Of a DNA stretch of 64,000 nt, positions 1 to 23,121 are shown piece by piece. Made by a program: the position numbers and the translations under genes. Position 1 is the first letter of the stretch; every line of letters begins with the position of its first letter. Source of the stretch: the human T2T-CHM13v2.0 reference genome, Homo sapiens; the NCBI RefSeq assembly GCF_009914755.1, contig NC_060935.1; one strand, 5' to 3'. The notes under the pieces are model-generated. The model was not told the DNA's origin. It saw only the letters and a list, made by a program, of their open reading frames with translations, and did not search any database.

Positions 1-388
1 CCAGGCCCCAGGAAGCCGTGCCCTGCCCCCGTGAGGATGTCACTCAGATGGAACCGCAGGAAGCTGCTCCGTGCTTGTTTGCTCACCTGGGGTGTGGGAG
101 GCCCGTCCGGCAGTTCTGGGTGCTCCCTACCACCTCCCCAGCCTTTGATCAGGTGGGGAGTCAGGGACCCCTGCCCTTGTCCCACTCAAGCCAAGCAGCC
201 AAGCTCCTTGGGAGGCCCCACTGGGGAAATAACAGCTGTGGCTCACGTGAGAGTGTCTTCACGGCAGGACAACGAGGAAGCCCTAAGACGTCCCTTTTTT
301 CTCTGAGTATCTCCTCGCAAGCTGGGTAATCGATGGGGGAGTCTGAAGCAGATGCAAAGAGGCAAGAGGCTGGATTTTGAATTTTCTT

Positions 389-397
389 TTTAATAAA
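389..397. terminator. Overlapping poly(A) signals: ATTAAA on - (389-394, BCL9L) and AATAAA on + (392-397, CXCR5)
   Basis: Plus strand reads TTTAATAAA at 389-397. Confidence 0.7.
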
Positions 398-472
398 AAG
401 GCACCTATAAAACAGGTCAATACAGTACAGGCAGCACAGAGACCCCCGGAACAAGCCTAAAAATTGTTTCAA

Positions 473-478
473 AATAAA
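473..478 (+). terminator. CXCR5: AATAAA poly(A) signal (CXCR5)
   Basis: Canonical hexamer followed ~25 nt later by a T-rich downstream element. Confidence 0.65.
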
Positions 479-2650
479 AACCAAGAAGATGTCTTCACAT
501 ATTGTATTTATATATTTATATTTATATATATATTTATATAATGGTACAAAATGGCTGGGGGTGTGGCCATGGATGGAGGGAAGAGTAGGCTGGCCTGTGG
601 CGCGGGTGGGAGGAGAGGGGACGGAGAGGGCACTCGGCCCGCTGCAATCTGACCCCTCTCTCCTCAGGGCAGGAAACACAGAGTCAGACAGTTTGGGGGG
701 GTCTTGGGCCAGGGGTGGAGGGCTCAAGGGCACAGGGCCCAGGCTGAGGCAGGGCGGGCAAAGCGCCTGGCAGGATGAAGGGCAAGTGGCCCCCCAAACA
801 CAGAGGCCCTGGCCATGGACCCTGGGAGGTGACCGGGGTGAGTCAGGGGCCTGTTGTCAGCCCCAGAGGAAGCGCTGGACCTGGCCGATGGTGGGCCGAG
901 AGGACAGCACCAGGCTGGGAGAAGTGGGGCGAGTTCCCTTTGTATTACAGCTGCCAGTGCAAGACCAGGCCCTCCAGGCCAGGAAGGCTAGGGACGGGTC
1001 CTGGTAGAAGACACCCTGTCTAGAATGGCCCTTGGTCCTGGAGGTGGGGCGCAAAAGGCCTCAGCCAGGGAACTGCCCTGCCACCTCCCGAGGCAGGAAA
1101 GGAAGTGAGAAAAGGAGAAGTTTTTTTACTCCTGGGGCCAAAGTAGGGGGACAAACACCCAGTCGTATATGGCTTCAGCTCTGACCAAAGGCGGATAGGG
1201 AGCTCTCCTGGGTAGGAGCAGGGAGCCAAGGGGGAGGCAGTGGCTGTGCCTGGGTGGGCACAGACAGATCTGGTACATGGCCCTGAGCCCTGGGCAGAGG
1301 GACAACCTTGCCGGTGAGTGGGCAGGCAGAGAGGAGGCGGCAGGATGCTGTTTCCCCGATTCCATCCTCAGGGAGTGGAGACTGGAGGGGAGGTGCACTG
1401 ACTCAGATGAACTGTTCTCCCCCTTCTTTGATAAGAAGTAGGTGGCAGCAGCCTCTGGAAAAGTCAGGGCCCTGGAGGTTACCTGGCCCAGGGCTACTAC
1501 AGCCACAGGCCCCAGTGGCACCATGCCACCCCTTCCATGGCTCCACTCAAGGGGGCCACACAGCCACCGCCTCTTCCTCCTTTCCTTCATCCCAAACTGG
1601 GACAAAAGACTTCAAGTTCTGGCTAAGATGTAGCAGCAGCGGATGCCCGGGCATCCAAAGTGGAAAGCCAGGGCCCCGTGTCACCGGTGTGGGCAAACAC
1701 ACATGCACGTGCACACATGTTCTCCCTGAATCACTCAGCAGCAGACAGGCTGCCGCCCTGGGGGTCTCAGCCCTGCTAGGGCTCACCAGGTGGAAGCCTA
1801 GGTGGTCTGACCTCAGTTTAGGAGTGGGTCATTTACGTCATCTTACCATTTGGGGACGAGACAGGAATGGTATCCCTTAGGGACCCAGAGACACTGCAAA
1901 CAGTGGGTGGCCATGTAGGGCTGCATGTCCCTGGGTCCAGGGGAATGGAGGGAGCAATAACTTGAAGAAGGGGGGAAGGGTTTCTTTTATCCTTTTTTTT
2001 TTTGTGTGACTTCTATCAAAACACAGAAATACAGCACACGCACAAACCAGCACAAAAGCGCAGCGCTCTATTTACAGCTCCGGCTGGCACCTGCCCACCT
2101 GGCCAGCCGCCTGCAGGGAGGGGTGGGAGAGGGGTCAGCCACATCAGCAGGGAAAGGATACGAAGCAGGTAAAGACAGAAGGAAAATGGGCGGGTGCGGA
2201 GAAACCAAGAGGGAGGTGGAGCTCCAGCAATGCGGACACGAGGAGACAGGAGCAGAAGGGGCTGGGGGAGACCTGACCTGTCCTTCCTCTCTCCCCCCAG
2301 ATTCCCATCCAGGACTCCAAAAGCATAGCTGAAGGGGGTGTGGCGGGTGCAGGGATGCACGGAAAGAGGTAAAATAGAGAGGCTCCATAGGAATTGGGAG
2401 GAGTGGGGGAGGGGCAGTCCTGGTGGCCGAAATGGAACCAACCCCAATGCAAAATCCCCCACCCCACACTGCCACTTCCCCCTAAGCTGCCAGCACATCT
2501 GGTTTCCACAAATGCCACTCCCTACACAAGCCCCCTCCCACCCCCTCCACCCCACCCCGCGACCCAGGCCATCCCAACATTGAGGGGAAGAACTTTGTTA
2601 AGGTTATCGTATTTGCAACATTGCCCCGGCTCCAGCCCTGGCAGCGACTT

Positions 2651-14149
<11,499 letters not shown>

Positions 14150-14175
<26 letters not shown>

Positions 14176-14251
14176 GGCTCCCACACACAGTGGGGCTACG
14201 GCCCCTGTGCGTGCCCAGGGCCCAGCCAGGTACTCGGTACTGGAGCACGGA
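14150..14251 (-). CDS. BCL9L: BCL9L start-codon exon (76 nt 5' UTR + 26 nt CDS, ATG 14175-14173); extends to ~15130 in transcripts from the proximal promoter
   Basis: Acceptor ttgctgcag|TCC at 14253/14252; gccATGAGG; donor ACAAG|gtgtgt at 14149. Confidence 0.9.
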
Positions 14252-14499
14252 CTGCAGCAACAAGCCCCAAAGAGAAAACTCGTGACTTGGGGAGGGGGTG
14301 TCAGAGGGGGAGGGGAGAAGGGAGGACCCAACAGCCCTGGGACTAGGGAGCTGGATAGGGTGGGGTGGCACTGGAAAAAGAGGATTACGAGATGGGGTCT
14401 CGATCCTGGAGGCCAGCCCTGTCCCCATCCCTCCCGCACCTTGCCCTCAGGGGGCTTGCAGTCTCCAGCAAGCCTCCGCCCCGACGGGCGGCAGAGACA

Positions 14500-15600
14500 G
14501 AATTCACTAAAAGGCTAGGTAGCAAAGGTGCCGTGTGGGGCGGCTGTGAGGTCTCCCCTGGCCCCCTGAGGGATTCCTGCTCCCAGACGCGCCCCTCACC
14601 CAGGGTGGGGTACCCCTCGTGCCCCACCCCCAGAGCGCTCCAGCCGTGGAGGGGGCCCGGGGTTGGGGCCACGCCCCGCCCCGTCCCCAGCTCGAGGCCT
14701 AGCCCGTGCCCATCCCAGCAGGCCCGGGCGGGCAGCGAGAGGCCTGGCGGGGCCCCGGGGCTGCAGCTGGGCTCTTCTGGAGACCAGTAACGCTGGCTCG
14801 GATTCCTCCCCGACCGCAAGAATGCAGGAGCCTCCCCTCCCCCCGCCCTGCACCCCCACCCCGCCCCCTTCGGCAGAGCCCGGGCGGAGAGGCAGAGCGA
14901 GCGAGCGACAGCCAGCGAGGCAGCGAGCGGGAGGCGGACAGGACTGCAGCGTGCTTCTCCAGGCCCCGCGCGCGGACAGACACACGGACAAGTCCCGCCA
15001 GGGGCTGGGCGCGCGCCAGCCGGCAAGAGCTTGGCGAGCCCCGGGTGCTGCCAGCAGAGGCTCAGAGACCCACAGACACCCGAACTCTGACTCACACACA
15101 CTCACAGCTCACACGTGGACAGGGAGACAAAGACACGCACGGAGCCCAGGAAGCTAGAGGCGCGCCGGAGGCCAGGGAAGCGCCGGCCGGAGCGGGAGGC
15201 GCGGAGACAGCCTGGGGCACGCGCAGACACCGGGGCTGCCCGAGGGCTGAGTGGGAGCGCCGGACCCATTGAACAGATGAAAAGACTGAGGCCGGCCACA
15301 AGAGAGCCGAAGAAAGTTGAGCCTGGTAGTCACAAAGAAACACGCACAGGGCCATAGATACAGCAACAGACTTACACAAACACAGAGGCCTCACCCAACC
15401 GCCCCCAGCCCTGGCTCCCCCCTCGCCTCCCCTACCCGCCCTCCAGCAGCCCTCCAGCAGCCGATCCCGGTCAAAGGGGAGGAGTCTTGGGCCCAGGAGC
15501 TTCGTCCCGGTGACAGGCCCGGCCAGACACCGGTGCACACTCCTGATGCTCCCTGCGGGGCTGCTGGAGGCTGGGCGGGGACCTGGGGGTGAGGGGGCCC
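14500..15600 (-). promoter_or_regulatory. BCL9L: CpG island / proximal BCL9L promoter
   Basis: High GC and CpG density with GC boxes, immediately 5' of the ATG exon. Confidence 0.8.
14944..15023 (+). ncRNA. MIR4492: MIR4492 annotated hairpin; mature GGGGCUGGGCGCGCGCC at 15001-15017
   Basis: Matches the hsa-miR-4492 mature and precursor sequence as I recall them. This is a low-confidence GC-rich miRNA annotation. Confidence 0.75.
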
Positions 15601-18600
15601 CACCTGCCACCCTGCGGGAGTCTAACCCCAACTTAACCCTAGGGCACATTGGCCTTCGCCACTCCAGCCGTGTCTCTGGGGAGGAAGGCTCCTGGGGGAA
15701 GGTTCCAAAGTCCAGGACCTGCCTGGGAAGCAGCCCGCCACCCCCAGCTTCCCCATCACAACCAGGGAAGAGCAGAGGCAGAGGCTGGAGTCACTGAGAT
15801 ACCAGGGCTCTGAGCAGGCTCCTGGCTGGCATGCATCTCAGGCTCTCCCTTCACCAGCTCGCTGATTCTCAAAAGGATCGACCCCATTTCAACGAGGAAA
15901 CTGAGGTCTGGGAAAAGGAAGTGGCGTGACCTTGAGTCACATATCCAGTATGTGGCAGTGTGGGGACGGACCCTCATTCCAGACACTGCAGTGACCCCAC
16001 CTCCCCACGCCAGCCATGACTGCTCCTCTGAGCCTGCATCAGATAGTTGGGCTTCCCACATTCCAGCCACAGTGCCCAGGTCCCCCATAAGGGGGGAGGG
16101 GCAGGGCAAGGGCCACTCACTACCTATGTTCACAGCCTCAAAAATTGAGAACCTGTAAGAATTTGGGAAGGGGCTATTAGAAAATCAGTCCTCTCCAGTG
16201 GCCGTTCAGGCCTAGGCTCCTCCCCAGAAGACTCTTCCAGTCACCCTCCCCTCCGGGACTCCACCCCCTCTCTCCCACCCCGCCGCAGGGCGAGCTGAGT
16301 CAAGCGTGGATGAGTCAGGACTTTCCCATCTCACACCTCCCCCCTTTGCCCCTCAAGAGTCTGCCCCAGCTCCCGAAGACCCCTCCTCCTCCACACACTC
16401 ACAGTCTCCGAAGACACCTGGAAGGCCTGGTGATGGGAAGCCAAGAGGGCTGATCCCAGCCCAATGCAATTTTAAAGCACCCAGTGAAGGGGGCTTGCTA
16501 GTACCAGGCCAGGGGCCCTTGAGGTACGAGAAAGCAAAGGGATGGGGCTCTGGGAACACGTCACCGTGCCTCCCTCTTAGGGGGTTAGGTGGGGAGGGGT
16601 AGCAAGCTCACAAACAGGGAGCAGGTGCGAGTCACCTGAGTGGAAGGCCAGGCGCATACCAGGAGAATGAATCGGAGGAGCGGAAGAGGCGGCTTGACAA
16701 AGGGCCTGAGATATCCATCCGCTCCCCCACCCCGAGTGACGCGAGGGTAGGAGCTAGCAGCCTAAGGGTTGCTAAGGGTTAAAGTGGACTTGATCCTAGC
16801 TGGGGGAGGGAGCTGAGGAAGGCTCAGATGCCCAGAGCCTCCAGGTATGACACACCGGCTCTGCTCCACACACAACTACCACAGGTAGGGCAGGCGTTCA
16901 CACATCCAGTGGCAACCTGCCTGCTCCTAGCTGCCCCCACGTTGGGAGCCTCTGCTTGGCTCACCAGCTGGCCCAGCAGTGTCACTGCCTAGCTCAAAAC
17001 CACCCCAAAGAGGCAGTGAGGAAATGTTTTGGAGGGTTCATGCTCCTGAGCTGCCAGGGCCCCCTGTGATGACGTGAAAGCCCAGGACCCTGCTGGGGAC
17101 AACAGGGCGAACGAGATCCTTGGCCTCTGGCTCAGGGAGATACAGCGCCCGAGACGACAGGGTCCCAAATCCCCTTTCTCCTGGGTGTCAGGACCCCTCA
17201 GTCCTCAGAAGCTCTCTCCACCACTCAGGTCACTTCCTCTTCCTGAGGTGGTGACTCAGCGGGCAGGGAGGTCAAGGATTCGTAGCCCAGCAGGAAATCT
17301 GCTCAAGGACCAAGGTGCTGCTCTGGGACCCTCGATGTGGGGACTTCCAGGCTTAGGGGGCCTTCCCATGGCCCTGGTTCCTAGTAGCTCTCCACACTTC
17401 CCCCGACTCTGTGCCAAAGGAGACCATGCAAATCAGCCATTTTTGCTTGGGAGGTTTTCCCTGGGAGTTTCCAGCCCCACCCCACCTGCAGCCCTAGGGT
17501 AATGTCAGACAACCCCAGCTCCACAGGACCAGGGAAACTCCTGGTCCCAGACCTTTCTAGTCTGGGATTGTTGAACAGGGTACTGGGGGGTGATCGGCGG
17601 TTTTGCCCATTCTGGCCCACTGTCCCTTCTGGAGCCTGCACAGACAAGTGGCATTGCTTGGACAGGCCTGAGGTCACCTCACTTCTCTTGGCTCCTACAG
17701 TCATTGTCAGTGTGGCCGGGCCTTGGGAAGCAATCATGGCCTGGCAGTGGGGTGCCCCCAAAGACAGCTACCCAATCCCCAGCTGCTCCCTCCCACAGGG
17801 GGAGGGGTAGAGAGGGGGTGGGGGGCACAAGGAAACAAGACAGGGCAGGAAGCCCAGGCAGGCGGCGGGCACTCTGGGCCAGGCACAAACAACCAACACA
17901 GGAAACCACAGCCCACCCCCGCCCACCCCACCCGCCCAAGGCTCTGGGAGAGAGGAGTGCCAAAAGCTTGGTACCCCAACAGAGGCAAGGGCCAGGGGTT
18001 AGCCCAGGGCAAGGGAGGAGCAAGAAGCTCTCCAGTCCTCTCTCTGCCCCAGACCCTACCTGGGGAGGGTAGAGGGAGCCAGGCTGGCAGGGATGGTGCT
18101 GCCTCTTTAAATCCACCGAAATCCTGAGCTAGGCCCAACCTAGCTCTGGTTTCACAGGAAGGAAAGGAGCTCAGGAGCCAGTAGGGCAGGCAGTGGTGGC
18201 TGGAATTAGCCCCACCGGCCCAAATATATCTGGTCTCTGCCCGCCGCCCCACTGGTACTTCCTGTCCCCTGGCACCTGCACCAGGGTGGGGGTAGGAGAT
18301 GATCCAGGTGCCACTCTCTACCCTATGGAGACTCCCATCTCAGGAGGTGGTGTGGTGCTGGGTTCACATGGGTAGAAGGTAACTTCCCAAGCCTGGGTTC
18401 CCAGAACAGGCAGAGATGGGCAAGGCAGCTCCCTGTGGGCCCTCACCTGGCCTCAGTCCTCCAAGGGGTTAATCTGTCCCCTATTTAGGGGGGTAGGGGT
18501 GGCCGAGGAACCTCCTCCAAACTGCCTGGCTGCTGGGAACAATGGGGCCATTGTGGGAGGATGGAGTGCAGCAGACTGCTGGCACAGCCAAGCGCACCAC

Positions 18601-19097
18601 GGTGGGACCTCACCCAGCGCCCGCCCGCCTGCCTGCCTGCTCTGCTCTCTCCCCAGGTACAGCCAGAGGCAGAGGCATCCTCCTGGCCCCTCACCTCCCC
18701 TGATGGCTCACACTCTTGGCAGCAGCAGCACCTGGGGGCCCCACGAGCTCTGCCCACATTGACATCCAGACTGTCATGACCCTCCAGGATGCAGGGGCAC
18801 GTGGGCCAGGCCGGGAGGGGTGGGGGTGATGAGACAGGATGTATGCCTGTGATCCTCTGCAGGGGAGACAGGAAGGCCACACGGGGTTTCTGGTGTCAGT
18901 CCTGGCACCCTCAGGCAAGAAAGGCTTAGGGGATTGTGAGAGCAGTGACAGGCAGGGTCCCCTGTCCCCAGGCCTCCTCTCCCACACCCATTCAGTAAAG
19001 CTGCTCCCAGAGGAGGTCTGGTGCCTGGTGGCCTCGCCCTCTGAGGTTGGGGCCCTGGCAGGCAGTATGATGCAGTGGAATAAGAACTGAGTTTGAG

Positions 19098-19384
19098 GGC
19101 CGGGCGCGGTGGCACACGCCTGTAATCCCAGCACTTTAGGAGGTCAAGGCAGGTGGATCACGAGGTCAGGAGTTCAAGACCAGCCTGGCCATGATGGTGA
19201 AACCCTGTCTCTACTACAAACACAAAAATTATCCAGACATGGTGGTGGGCGCCTGTAATCCTAGCTACTCAGGAGGCTGAGGCAGAGAATTGCTTGAACC
19301 CAGGAGGCGGAGGTTGCAGTGAGCTGAGACGCACCACTGCACTCCAGCCTGGGCAACAGAGCGAGACTGTCTCAAAAAAAAAAA
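19098..19384 (+). mobile_element. Alu (S-type)
   Basis: Full dimer with A tail. Confidence 0.95.
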
Positions 19385-22300
19385 CCAAGTTTGTAGTCAG
19401 ACAGTGTCAATCACACCCTGCCCCTTCTCATCTATGGGGCCTTGTCCTTCCCTTTATCCCTCTGAGCCTCAGCTTCCTCATCTGCAAAAGGAGAATAATT
19501 TTATAGAGTGAGGTAACAGTAGTGAAACTAACAGAATGCCTAAGACACACCAGCCCTTGACAAACCACTTCTGGCCTCAATTTCCTTATCTCTACCTCCT
19601 GCCATGGCACCCAAATATGTGGGCATTTGGTAAAGGCAGGCACTGTCCAGATATTTTCCCTGTGAGTGTCCAAGAGAACAGGGCCTGTGGGCATCATATT
19701 AGTGGTACCAAGTAAAAAGACTTGGCTCCTCCCCTGCCCTCCTCTCAGAGGTCAGCTCCCTCCGCTGGCACACTCCTGGGCATCCTGGGCTCACCGACAC
19801 ACTCAAATCCAGAGCATGAACCCAGAGAGGGGCTGGGTGGCTGTCCACTCTCTTAGCCTCAGGACCATGTCTCAAAAGTCCAGGAGGCAAGTGAAGGGGG
19901 ATTTCCCTTCAAGAGAGCCAGCCTCCCCTCTGCCAGGTCCCCTTCTCCCTGCCTGCCCCTTGGCAGTCACCCTGTAGTACTTGGGCTGGGAGAAAGCTTA
20001 AGCCTACTCTCTTGCCATGGATCTCAAAGGAAGGGTCTGGGAGAGAAAGAACAACTGACAAGCAGTTCTGGAAAGTAGGGGGCCCAGGGAGAAAACCTGT
20101 TCTCTTCTCAACTAGACAGGGCTGTATCTCTCAGGGTGGCCCCAGAAGCCCCCAAAGGGTTAACAAGGCCCTAAAAATAACCTGCGCCCAGCAGGACCCA
20201 CTGATCGGAACCCTCCAGCCATCTGTTCCCATTTTCTCGTGTTCACATTGGAACATCTGAAACCGGCCCCAGAGCCCCAGCCCGATCCCAAAAATAGCCC
20301 CAGCCTGCCCAAGGAACAGGCCCCAGGGGCTGGGCACAGGAGGCATGGCCAGTCCAGTAGCAAGGCATGGCCCAGGCAGACCCTGAGCCCTCATCCCCCA
20401 GGCCCATGGATGGGAGGTGTCCTCTCTAGATCCAGAGGAACATGATAAGCAGAGCCAGGGGCTCCAGCCCACCCCTCTTGGTACCAAGCCAGAGAGAGCA
20501 CCTGCTAGCTAAGTCCAGGCCTCAGACCCAGGGGCCCTGGGATCCTAGGCACTTCTACCACATCTTAGTCCCCAGAAGATTTTACCCACCTTGTCTGCAT
20601 AGCTTCCCCACCTCATTGTGGGCACCCCATCCCTGCCGCCCACTCCTGGGCTCCTCATCCAGAAGTTCCCAAGCCTCAGCCCCTCCACCATCCCACTCTC
20701 ACCCCAGGGCCTATAGGAGCCCTGGCCACCTGGCCCCACTCAGCATTCTCCCTTGCCAGCACACAGGGTTAAGGCAGAACTTTTCCTAGCACTGTCCACA
20801 CTCCCCCTTGCAGCTCAGGGAAGGACTCTGGAGGTGTCCCTTGGACGCTGTAGATGCTGATATTACCCCACTCCCCTTCTGGGCTTCAGGATGCCCCCTC
20901 CCTGACCATCTGTGTCCAGCAGGTGACAGACAGGCCCATCGGGGCTCCCCCACATGATCATAGGTCTGGGCACTGCCCCTCAGAGAAATGCCCAGGCACG
21001 GCACAGGGAATCCGGGGTCCAGGGCCCTGAGGTGTTCCTAACAGCTGCCATCCAGGTCACAGCTCCACACTGACACTTCTCTCCCCAAGCCAGGTCCCTG
21101 ACCCCTAGGCCAGGAAGGAGAGGAGGCGGCCATTTAAGCCATTTAAGGACGGAATGTCTTGTTTGCCTGGTGAGAGCAGAGCAGCAGGGGATGGGGCAGT
21201 GGGAGGAGTGCTGAGCTGAACTGAGCAAACAGCCTCAGGGAGGAGGGCTGGCCCTGGGAAGCCTGAAGATAGCGAGGGAGACGTGTCCTAAGCTCCCTGG
21301 GCCTTCTCCAGGCCCCTGGCTATTTGGCAAACTTGCAATCAAGAAGTCAGCAGGCACCAACGATGGGGAAGCGGCGGCAGCAAACAGTGGATCTGGAGGG
21401 GTATTAGAATCCAGGAATCTGGAGTGTGGAAAGGCTGTCTCTTCCCCACCCCCACACTCCCTCTCTCACCATCAATTCTTTCCCTGCTAAAACCCCTGGG
21501 AGGATCAAAAGTTCCTGTGAAGAGCTCTGACTAATCAAATGAGGGGAGGATCACCAACATTTATTGAGCATTTACTTTGTAACTTCACCAGTCCTAAATG
21601 CTTCACGTGCATCCTCTAGTTTAATCCTCAGAACAATCTGGTAAGAAAGTATTCTTATTATCCTCACTTTCCCACTAAGAAAAGGGACATGCCGAGAAGT
21701 TAAATAACTCGCCTAAGGCCCATAATTTTAGAAGAAGCAGGATTTGAATTCAGACACCCTGGCATCTGGGTTCTGGGCCATTTCACAATACTCCAGATGC
21801 ACCACAGTATCAGTCCTCTGAACGATGACGAAAGAAAGCATGGGTGTCCAGGCCCCACCCTCTCACTCCTCACATCCTCCCTCCATGCCTGATGTGCCCG
21901 GGGCTTGCCCAGGGAAGATCAGAGAGAGAGCACCGCTCCCCACTCCCTCAACCCAGGTACCCGCCTGGCCTGGCCTGTGGTGCCAGGACAGAGCAAAGTT
22001 CTCCAGCCTCCCCCAGCCCCGCCCAACTCCAGTCCGTTACTTCCTCACCCATCCTTGTCCCTGCCGGTCAGAGGAGGGCACAAGGCTAGTCACCGAGACA
22101 ACAGCACAGAGCCCCTGCCAAGAGTTACCACGGGCTCGTGAGAGGCCCCAGGTGGGGGTCAAAGGTCAAGTGGGACTCACCGGTGAGGGTGGAGTCCCAG
22201 CCCTGCCCCCCACCCACCTGTTCAGCCACACCTGGCCAATGCTCCCCATCTCTTTCATTCCTCAGTAGAGAGCAGGACCACTTCCTTGGTGTCCCTTGGG

Positions 22301-22505
22301 GGGTGGCTTCAGTGGAGAGGTTCGGGGCTGAGGTGAGGGGATGAGAAGCCCCTCCCTCCTGGGGATGGTCTAGGAGAAGTGCCTCCTCCCAGTCCCCAGC
22401 TTCCTCCAGCTTTCCCTAGTCGAACCGGGAGCCCTCAGGCGTGTTTGTTGTGAATTCAGGGAGTTGTTGCTAAGTAAGGAAGGGGGGCTGGCGGAGGGAA
22501 GAGGC

Positions 22506-22568
22506 TGTGTGTGTGTGTGTGTGTGTCTGTGTCTGTGTGTCTGTGTGTGTACACGCACGCATGTGTAC
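22506..22568. repeat. (TG)n / TGTGTC microsatellite
   Basis: Read directly. Confidence 0.9.
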
Positions 22569-23067
22569 GCTAGGGGACCAGGGGCCAGGGCAGAAACCAC
22601 ACTACTGTGGCTGGTAGCCACCCTGGCTTTGACTGAGCCAGAAGAGGCCAAGCCAGCGAGGAGGAGCAAGGACTTGGGATAACCAGGAAGTTGTACCTTG
22701 CCCTCCAGGGCGATTGGGCGGAATCTCCTTGCCTCCCGCAGGGTGGGGCGGGTGGGGGGTGAGATCCGCTGAGATAGAGAAGGGCTGGACTCTCACTGGA
22801 GCCTGGCTCTAACCCCTCCCAGCCCGGCCCCACTCCCCACCTGACTGGGTCTAGGGTTCTGGTCAGCCTGTTTGCCCACCAGGAGCCAGAGGAGACCTCC
22901 CTCCTCTGGAGGGAGGGGAATGAAAGGAGAGATGGGGGCAGAAAGCCAAGAGAAGGGAGCCCAAAAGACAAAACGCCAAGCAGGAGGCTAAGCCAGGGTG
23001 ACGCGGCCGCCGCGGACAGAAATCAGGGAGGCTGAGAGGGACACACAGGGGCACACAGACCTCTCAC

Positions 23068-23121
23068 CTCAGGAATAATGTCGGGCTCAGGCTCAAGGGT
23101 GTGGTCTGGGTTGGGGGCTCC
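23068..23121 (-). other. BCL9L: BCL9L non-coding exon 2 (54 nt)
   Basis: Acceptor ctctctccacag|G at 23123/23122 and donor GAG|gtgaga at 23067. Size agrees with my recollection of the long isoform. Confidence 0.7.

Larger units (their letters stand above)
1..500 (+). other. CXCR5: Distal 3' UTR of CXCR5 (coding region lies upstream of the window)
   Basis: No credible ORF. Two + strand AATAAA hexamers (392-397, 473-478) followed by a U/UA-rich tract (~500-545). CXCR5 is known to lie tail-to-tail with BCL9L. The end position is inferred from the second hexamer. Confidence 0.75.
370..2650 (-). other. BCL9L: BCL9L 3' UTR (~2.3 kb)
   Basis: Lies between the stop codon (2651-2653) and the ATTAAA at 394-389. 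The 3' end is inferred. Confidence 0.8.
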
